From a virus: a stretch of DNA of 64,000 nucleotides. The stretch is from IMG/VR virus record IMGVR_UViG_3300027741_000020; one strand, given 5' to 3'. The notes under the pieces were generated by a model. That model made no database searches. It was not told the DNA's origin and saw nothing but the letters and a program-made list of their open reading frames with translations. A program made the translations under genes and the position numbers. This document shows, in pieces, positions 57,769 through 64,000 of the stretch (position 1 is its first letter; each line of letters starts with the position of its first letter).

Positions 57769-58485
57769 ATGAAAATAGGACTTAATTTAACCGGAGTATC
57801 TTATAATGATGGTAGTATAGTAGAACGATACAGAAACTATGTGGATTCATTGGAAGGATTTACAAATAATATAATCACACCATTAATAGAAGATGGGCAC
57901 GATTTATCAACTTACATATTTACATATGATAGTATTAAAAAGAATGATATTTTAAAAGCGTATCCAAACATAAAAAAATCAACATTTGTAGAGGAGAATT
58001 ATAATAAATTTATGGGTAATATAGATTTACCAACGGATTTATTCAAAATGCAGGCACTAACTTATATTAATAGTTTAAATCAATTAATTGGTGAAGATTT
58101 GGATGTTGTAGTTTCTACTAGGTTTGATATGTTCTTTTTAAAAAATCCATTTAAAATTTATAATTACGATTTTACAAAATGTAATTTTTTATGGAGAGAA
58201 CCGGAGTATCACGATTTACCAATAGTAAATGATACATTCATTGTATTTCCACATTCTATGGTACAAACTATGATTGACTGCATTATAGAAATGAAAATAG
58301 TGCCACCAAGAGGCGTTAATGTAGGATTGCATAACTTTTATATTCCACTCGTTAATAGAGTAGGCAAAGAGCAAGTACAATGGCTAGATGACCGTTTTAT
58401 TGGAGGGCTAAATGATAGCAGAACACCGTATGCAAATGACTTATATAAAGTATTGCGTAGTGATGATTATGGTAAAAAATTTTAA
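57769..58485 (+). CDS. Hypothetical glycan-island protein (possible transferase)
   Basis: VVSTRFD and NDTF motifs; context only. Confidence 0.45.
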   Translation: MKIGLNLTGVSYNDGSIVERYRNYVDSLEGFTNNIITPLIEDGHDLSTYIFTYDSIKKNDILKAYPNIKKSTFVEENYNKFMGNIDLPTDLFKMQALTYINSLNQLIGEDLDVVVSTRFDMFFLKNPFKIYNYDFTKCNFLWREPEYHDLPIVNDTFIVFPHSMVQTMIDCIIEMKIVPPRGVNVGLHNFYIPLVNRVGKEQVQWLDDRFIGGLNDSRTPYANDLYKVLRSDDYGKKF

Positions 58486-58495
58486 AATAAATTAT

Positions 58496-59281
58496 ATGGA
58501 AAAAATAATTAGCGCATACATATGGGCTTGGACGAATTATGAAGCAGGAGATAAGGCAATTGGAACATTGAAAAAATATTACCCAGATTCCGATATTTTT
58601 ATAAATGTAGATTATGATGGGGATGTTGAAAATTATAAAAAGGTAGCAGAAAAATATAAAGCAGAACTTACAGTTAATAATTTTCAAGTAGGATATTGTG
58701 GTGATTTTGGCGATGTAATAGTTGGAAAACCATGTTGGACTAGGGAAGAAACTTTTGAATGGATACGTGGGTTGTATGAGGCTTGTAAAAAATGTACTAC
58801 AAAGTATATTATGATTCTAGAAGAAGATAATTATCTTTTAAAAGAATTATCTATATTAAATACGGATTTTTCAATGGCAATACATGCATCCGCACCATCG
58901 GCAACTGGAACATATCGCCCTAATTATTTACCAAATGAATTTATGTTGTATTCTTATAATTTGGGAGGATTAGCCAGCGCAATCACATATGGAGCTGGTG
59001 GTGGTTGCATTTTTAAACCAGATGAGTTTGTAAAATCTTGGGAAAAATGTAGAGAACCACTTTGGAACGATTATGATACTTTAAAAAGTATTAACAAAAT
59101 AATTGGATGGCAGGATTTTATAGTTCAATTTGTGATGATGATTGGAGGTTATGATCTTATTGAAAATTTATATACAGCACAGCCATGGGAAGACCCAAAT
59201 TGGTTAGGCGGAAAAAATTATCTTGGACAAGAATACGAAATGGTATGTGGATTAAAAGAACACTCAATAATTAAATTATAA
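58496..59281 (+). CDS. GT-A glycosyltransferase-like protein
   Basis: MILEED and YGAGGG motifs; ATG 58496 preferred over 58412. Confidence 0.55.
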   Translation: MEKIISAYIWAWTNYEAGDKAIGTLKKYYPDSDIFINVDYDGDVENYKKVAEKYKAELTVNNFQVGYCGDFGDVIVGKPCWTREETFEWIRGLYEACKKCTTKYIMILEEDNYLLKELSILNTDFSMAIHASAPSATGTYRPNYLPNEFMLYSYNLGGLASAITYGAGGGCIFKPDEFVKSWEKCREPLWNDYDTLKSINKIIGWQDFIVQFVMMIGGYDLIENLYTAQPWEDPNWLGGKNYLGQEYEMVCGLKEHSIIKL

Positions 59282-59285
59282 GTTT

Positions 59286-60137
59286 ATGAAAGACGTAGTA
59301 TTAGGTTGTATAACAAATTATACATTTGATAAAATAGAAATATTTATTAATTCATTAGAAAAATCAGGCTTTGACGGATATAAAGTAATGATTGTCTATA
59401 ATGTACCATTTTCAACCGTTGATGAATTGCGTAAACGTGGTTGGATAGTTGTTGGGTTTAACCGTGATGAGGTAAATCAATGGTATACATATAAAGATAA
59501 TTTTAGAATAATTTGCGATAGGCAATTGCATTATTATCAATCATTACAATCTCTAAATGAAGAATATGGCGATTTGAGGTATGTAATAGCTTGTGACCCA
59601 CGCGATGTAATATTTCAGCAAAATCCATCTATTTGGATTGAGAATAACATAGGAGATAAAAAAATAAATGTTGGATCTGAAAGCTTAAAGTATAAACACG
59701 AAGAGTGGGGTAAAAATAATTTAATTGAAAGCTTTGGTGATTTTGTATATGAACGTTGTCAAGATAATTTAATTTATAATTGTGGAACTGTAAGTGGAGA
59801 ATGGAAAATAATGAGTGAATTATTTTTAAATATATATCTTATGTGTATAGGCAGCTCAAATGAAACACCAGACCAAGCCGCACTAAATACTCTATTATCG
59901 TTTGATGTATATAAATCGGTTACAAGATTTACAAACTCCGAAGAAGCTTGGGCATGCCAAGCCGGTACAACCGTAGATGCCAAAGTAGTATCAATTAATA
60001 AGAATAACTTAGTAGAACCACAACCATATTTAGATGGCGACATTGTTAAAACAAGCACGGGTATACCATTTACATTAATACATCAATACGATAGAGTTCC
60101 TGAATGGAAATCGGTATTAGAGGCTAAATATAAATAA
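59286..60137 (+). CDS. GT-A glycosyltransferase-like protein
   Basis: CDPRDVIFQ.NP, YNCG, DQAALN and IHQYDR. Confidence 0.7.
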   Translation: MKDVVLGCITNYTFDKIEIFINSLEKSGFDGYKVMIVYNVPFSTVDELRKRGWIVVGFNRDEVNQWYTYKDNFRIICDRQLHYYQSLQSLNEEYGDLRYVIACDPRDVIFQQNPSIWIENNIGDKKINVGSESLKYKHEEWGKNNLIESFGDFVYERCQDNLIYNCGTVSGEWKIMSELFLNIYLMCIGSSNETPDQAALNTLLSFDVYKSVTRFTNSEEAWACQAGTTVDAKVVSINKNNLVEPQPYLDGDIVKTSTGIPFTLIHQYDRVPEWKSVLEAKYK

Positions 60138-60140
60138 GTT

Positions 60141-60632
60141 ATGATTGTAGGTACAGGCGATATAGCATCAATTTTAAATGATAGAGATGGAATAATATTC
60201 TTCGCATCAGGAGTTTCAAATAGCTCGGAAACAACTGAATCTGAATTTAAAAGAGAATTGGATTTGATATCTAAACAAGATAAATCAAAATGTATATTCT
60301 ATTTCAGTTCAATAGCAATTGATAATAACGAAAAATATGAAATAAGTAAATACTTACAACATAAAAAGCAAATGGAAGATTACATAAAGGATAATTTTCA
60401 AAATTATAATATAATACGAATAGGAAACATTATGTGGGGTAGTAATCCAAATACATTTTTAAATTATTTAAAAAATAAAATTAAAAATAATGAATCAGTT
60501 TATATATCGGATGAATATAAATTTATGATTAATAAAGAGCAATTGTTAGCATTGACTGATAATCTACCAATAATAGCACAAAACCAATTAAGTATTTTTG
60601 GTAAAATGATAAAAGTAAAAGATTTAATATGA
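60141..60632 (+). CDS. Short NAD-dependent epimerase-like protein
   Basis: IVGTGDIA, FASGVSNS, YFSS and YLQHKKQME. Confidence 0.7.
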   Translation: MIVGTGDIASILNDRDGIIFFASGVSNSSETTESEFKRELDLISKQDKSKCIFYFSSIAIDNNEKYEISKYLQHKKQMEDYIKDNFQNYNIIRIGNIMWGSNPNTFLNYLKNKIKNNESVYISDEYKFMINKEQLLALTDNLPIIAQNQLSIFGKMIKVKDLI

Positions 60633-61516
60633 AAGGAGTTATAACAATATTTTGTCTACCACAAGAGTTGGAAGATTTGGCATTAACATTAAACGGATTA
60701 AAAAGAAATTCAGTATTTTTAGATGATAGTATTAATTTTAGAGTTGAAATAACGATGTGCCTTTCGGATGAATTGACTGATTGGAATAAGACACGGTTGC
60801 CAAAAGAATATATTAAAGATAGGACTATTGAATTGGTTGAAAAGTATTTGGATTGGTGTGAATGGGAGTTGATATGCGATTCCAACAATATATTGGGGTG
60901 CGTATCGCAAAGACGCTATAGTTTAGAAAACAATCCAGATGCTGATTTCTTTATATGGCTAGATACTGATATGTTTTTCAAAGATACAACACTACATTAT
61001 ATAACCGATACATACAAATTAGCAAAAGGCAATGGATTGGATATGGTTGTAGTAACTCCAGAATTTGTAAAACAATGGGATGATACTTGGGATGTTATTG
61101 TTAATAAGAATTATCATTTCGCACCAACTGATTACTATAAAACAACCAATATTCAAAAAGACTCCCTATTGAGTTCGGATGAAATTGAAATATACGAAAT
61201 TCCTACATTCAAATTTGCGGGTGGCTGGTTTACTTTAATATCAAAATCCATATTGGATAAAACCGGTGTACCAGAATCATTTGGACATTATGGACTTGAA
61301 GATACATTTGTTATGTATTGTTGTCAGATAATGAAACAACGTGGTGAGATTGTATCTCAATTAGTATTATCAAACCTTATAGCAGGTGAGTTGCACAAAA
61401 CTAGAACAAATAATACCATTAAATCTTTTATAGTATCAAAGAATAGAAAAGAAGAATTTAGAAGAATAGCAGAACAAAATTTTAATTTAGAGCTAAATAA
61501 TTTTAGTAATAGATAA
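60629..61516 (+). CDS. GT-A glycosyltransferase-like protein
   Basis: FIWLDTD (DxD), KFAGGWFT and GHYGLEDT. Confidence 0.55.
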   Translation: MKGVITIFCLPQELEDLALTLNGLKRNSVFLDDSINFRVEITMCLSDELTDWNKTRLPKEYIKDRTIELVEKYLDWCEWELICDSNNILGCVSQRRYSLENNPDADFFIWLDTDMFFKDTTLHYITDTYKLAKGNGLDMVVVTPEFVKQWDDTWDVIVNKNYHFAPTDYYKTTNIQKDSLLSSDEIEIYEIPTFKFAGGWFTLISKSILDKTGVPESFGHYGLEDTFVMYCCQIMKQRGEIVSQLVLSNLIAGELHKTRTNNTIKSFIVSKNRKEEFRRIAEQNFNLELNNFSNR

Positions 61517-61523
61517 AATGTTT

Positions 61524-61531
61524 ATATTTAT
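61524..61531 (+). promoter_or_regulatory. ATATTTAT putative late-promoter motif
   Basis: 19 nt before ATG 61551; marks the end of the glycan island. Confidence 0.55.
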
Positions 61532-61550
61532 AGAGGTATAATTATATAAT

Positions 61551-62165
61551 ATGAAATTAGAATTAACTAATCCTAAAATATGGGAAAAACTACAAGAGAA
61601 AAATATTCCAGTATCCCATAAGATTAAAGTTTATGAAAAGTTAGGCGGAGCATATAGACTTGGAGAAAGTAAGGGTGAGCAAGTATTTAATAAACTTACA
61701 GAATTACTAAAATACGCAATAAAAGAAAAAAAAAATAAAATAAACGAATTACTAAGACCAGGCGTACAAGTTTCCGTAACTAGAAACGGAAAAGACTTGG
61801 GAAAGTGGAGCGTAAAAAATTCTACTAATAATCAAGCCGATTTAATGTCACAAGATGGCAATAAGGAGTTGAACCTTAAAGTTATGGATAATGAATATCT
61901 TGACATGGATGGTAACAAATACAATCTTTCACAAATAGGCGAAAATAATATATATGAAAGTGATGATCATGAAGTGAGTATGGCTATGAATTTACTTAAT
62001 GATATAATTAAAAACGCTAATGAACTTAAAGGTAAAATTGGAACAACTGAAATAGATTTACCAGGGTGGGTACAAGACCATATATCGCAATCCCAAAATT
62101 TTATTAACCAAGCAAATACAGGTTATAACGATCCAACTAATAAAGGACAATTAAAATCTAAATAA
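61551..62165 (+). CDS. Hypothetical protein, probably virion-associated
   Basis: Late-type motif upstream; C-terminal DHEVSMA...DLPGWVQDHI. Confidence 0.5.
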   Translation: MKLELTNPKIWEKLQEKNIPVSHKIKVYEKLGGAYRLGESKGEQVFNKLTELLKYAIKEKKNKINELLRPGVQVSVTRNGKDLGKWSVKNSTNNQADLMSQDGNKELNLKVMDNEYLDMDGNKYNLSQIGENNIYESDDHEVSMAMNLLNDIIKNANELKGKIGTTEIDLPGWVQDHISQSQNFINQANTGYNDPTNKGQLKSK

Positions 62166-62167
62166 TT

Positions 62168-62491
62168 ATGGCATTAGATAGTAATGTAACTAGTATAATA
62201 ATCACTGCTATAACAATGTTAAGTGGTGGCGCAGCATGGAGATATTATGAAAGAAGAGCCGCACATAAAGAGAAGGATGAAGATTTCATCAGACACGATT
62301 GTCGTGATAGAATTTCTAAATTAGAAGCCCTACTTGAAGCAAGTGCAAAAGAGAAAGATGAACTTCGTAGTTTAATATTACAATTAACGGCGCAAGTAGC
62401 AGAACTACGTGTTAAAGTTGAGTTCCTTACCGATGAAAATGAAAAATTAGAGAAAGGACTTAAAACAACAAAGAAAATATTAAATGGCTAA
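62168..62491 (+). CDS. Single-TM coiled-coil membrane protein
   Basis: Hydrophobic N-terminal SIIITAITMLSGGAAW followed by heptad repeats. Confidence 0.6.
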   Translation: MALDSNVTSIIITAITMLSGGAAWRYYERRAAHKEKDEDFIRHDCRDRISKLEALLEASAKEKDELRSLILQLTAQVAELRVKVEFLTDENEKLEKGLKTTKKILNG

Positions 62492-63314
62492 AGAACTATT
62501 AAAAGAATGTATAATCGTTTCAAAGAAATTTGGCAACGATATGGTACTCGCTAAAAATCGTGACAGGGCTTATAAACCACTTATAGAGATAGTACATACC
62601 TTTATAAATGAGGTTGAAGTTGTCTATCTACATGATATAACAACCGACTGGAGCGAGGGTATGAATGAATATGGCATAGGCATTGTCAATTCAGCGTTAA
62701 TGGTTGGATTCGATGAGAAAGAAAAACAATTAGTAGCAAAGACCGGAAAGAAATCGCAGGATGGTCTAAGAATACGTTACGCACTAGGGCAGAAAAAATT
62801 AAAAGATGCAGTTAAATCCGTTGTATTATATGATGGTGGCATTAAGGGACACACATTCCTTGCAGACCCTAATGATTTGATTACTATTGAAATGACATCA
62901 AAGCATAAGGCAATAATTAAAAAGCAAGACCCATCGGAAATATATGTAAGGACAAATCACGGTTTATCTCACCCTGAAGCCGGATATACGGAAGGGCCTG
63001 ATTACAAAAGCTCAGTAATTCGTAGAGCAACTGCAAGAGCAGCTATTGGTCAATTAGAAGATTGGACAAAGGAGTTGGAAGCATTGAGAAAAAACAAATA
63101 CTCACACGACAACCCAAATAATATGACTAGAAATACTGATAAGATGAAAACTACATCACAAATGCAGCTTAATCTTACAAAACGTATATTTACTTTAAAC
63201 TACTTTGGCGATAGAATTGAAGGATTTACTGGTGTTAGAACCGAATTACCTGATGGCTACACACCAAAAATTAAAATAAGAATTAAGGATTTAACTAAAA
63301 CCAAATTTAACTAA
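62484..63314 (+). CDS. Cys-nucleophile Ntn hydrolase (C45/C59-like)
   Basis: C9 followed by IIV...VLAKNRDR, GMNEYG and VRTNH. Confidence 0.7.
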   Translation: MAKELLKECIIVSKKFGNDMVLAKNRDRAYKPLIEIVHTFINEVEVVYLHDITTDWSEGMNEYGIGIVNSALMVGFDEKEKQLVAKTGKKSQDGLRIRYALGQKKLKDAVKSVVLYDGGIKGHTFLADPNDLITIEMTSKHKAIIKKQDPSEIYVRTNHGLSHPEAGYTEGPDYKSSVIRRATARAAIGQLEDWTKELEALRKNKYSHDNPNNMTRNTDKMKTTSQMQLNLTKRIFTLNYFGDRIEGFTGVRTELPDGYTPKIKIRIKDLTKTKFN

Positions 63315-64000
63315 TGAAAGGATTGGTAGATATATTAAAAGAATTTATAACTAAACCAACAATCGGCGTTTGGAATGGTAGACAAGTTGAATTTGGCAAA
63401 GTATATACTGACCCAATGTTCAATGCATTTGCTGCGCCTATAAATGAAGATGAATTACCAAAGGGTAAGAAACTACGTGTGTTTGATTTTGATGATACAC
63501 TTGTGACCACCGACTCACATATATACGTTACGCATGGCGATGGTAAGAAATCAACATTAACGCCAGGACAATATGCAATATACGATGCAAAAAAAGATGA
63601 TAAGTTTGACTTCTCTGATTTTGAAAAGGTGAAACAACCGCAGGAAATCAAAGGTGTAACAAAATTATTAAGAACAATACATGCAGCAGAAGGAGATAGA
63701 AAGACCGTAATACTTACAGCAAGAGGCGCATATAAGCCTGTTAAACAATACCTAAAAGATATTGGACTAGATGGTATATATGTAATAGCATTAGCAGATG
63801 GCAATCCCCAAAAGAAAGCAGATTGGATTTCCGATAAAATAAAAACAGGGTATAATGATGTATTCTTTATTGATGACTCTCATAAAAACGTATCAGCAGT
63901 ACATGCATTAAAAAAGCAACATCCGGATATAAAATTAAAGGTAAGAACAGTTAGACACGAAATGCCCGCTATGCCGGCTATGGTTGATAAAACAGGTGCA
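63314..64000 (+). CDS. HAD-superfamily phosphatase, 3'-truncated by window edge
   Basis: Read manually from ATG 63314 (absent from the track): VFDFDDTLV, ILTAR, KKADW and FFIDDS; no stop codon before nt 64000. Confidence 0.85.
   Translation, partial: MKGLVDILKEFITKPTIGVWNGRQVEFGKVYTDPMFNAFAAPINEDELPKGKKLRVFDFDDTLVTTDSHIYVTHGDGKKSTLTPGQYAIYDAKKDDKFDFSDFEKVKQPQEIKGVTKLLRTIHAAEGDRKTVILTARGAYKPVKQYLKDIGLDGIYVIALADGNPQKKADWISDKIKTGYNDVFFIDDSHKNVSAVHALKKQHPDIKLKVRTVRHEMPAMPAMVDKTGA

Noticed and set aside
38254-61516. Bacterial O-antigen or capsule locus (host contamination)
   Set aside because: No wzx/wzy/wzm/wzt. It shares strand, promoter motifs and gene overlaps with the phage genes on both sides. 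Read-level confirmation is still advisable.
62168-62491. Holin or spanin call
   Set aside because: One TM helix plus a coiled coil is compatible, but there is no endolysin or lipoprotein partner in view.
233-63804. All other minus-strand and short nested alternative-frame ORFs in the track (e.g. 8287-8907, 22943-23365, 63307-63804)
   Set aside because: They overlap well-supported + strand genes almost entirely and have no family motifs or dedicated promoters.
1-64000. Stop-codon reassignment (alternative genetic code, as in some large Bacteroidota phages)
   Set aside because: Core genes (PolB, NrdJ, DnaB, RecA) are full length in code 11, and TAA, TAG and TGA all terminate genes with tight packing.
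1-64000. tRNA, rRNA or CRISPR arrays
   Set aside because: Intergenic gaps are under ~160 nt and AT-rich; I saw no cloverleaf or repeat-spacer pattern by eye. tRNAscan-SE and CRISPR finders were not run.

Overview
This window is 64 kb of a large, AT-rich, T4-like contractile-tailed phage genome. All credible genes lie on the + strand and read normally in code 11. I found no tRNA, rRNA, CRISPR array or integrase. A Bacteroidota host is inferred from nine TTTG-N20-TATATTT(G/A)-type promoters and the lack of obvious Shine-Dalgarno sites. Layout: (1) 1-12.1 kb is the tail module (sheath, tube, a likely frameshifted assembly chaperone, tape measure, baseplate). (2) 12.1-25.6 kb holds a divergent family A polymerase-like gene, probable virion proteins, an Asp/Asn beta-hydroxylase, SSB, RecA, 5'-3' exonuclease, GroES, DnaB, class II RNR, PhoH and thioredoxin. 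(3) 25.6-38.2 kb holds a candidate DNA-hypermodification module (two tandem Mom-like enzymes, a DruA/DUF4338-like protein and a GT-B glycosyltransferase) directly ahead of PolB and the sliding clamp, followed by dUTPase, a GIY-YIG endonuclease, the clamp loader and a PD-(D/E)XK nuclease. (4) 38.2-61.5 kb is a ~23 kb glycan island with about 11 glycosyltransferase-like genes and several sugar sub-pathways (GDP-colitose, N-acylated amino sugar, C-methyl branched sugar, kinase/nucleotidyltransferase plus KbaZ-like epimerase). (5) 61.5-64 kb holds probable virion proteins, including an Ntn hydrolase and a HAD phosphatase. The strongest candidate novel system is the Mom/Mom/DruA-like/GT module, whose members share short K/S-F-W/F terminal peptides with the PolB C-terminus, suggesting clamp-coupled modification at the replication fork. 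All family assignments come from motif recognition by eye; no database search was run.
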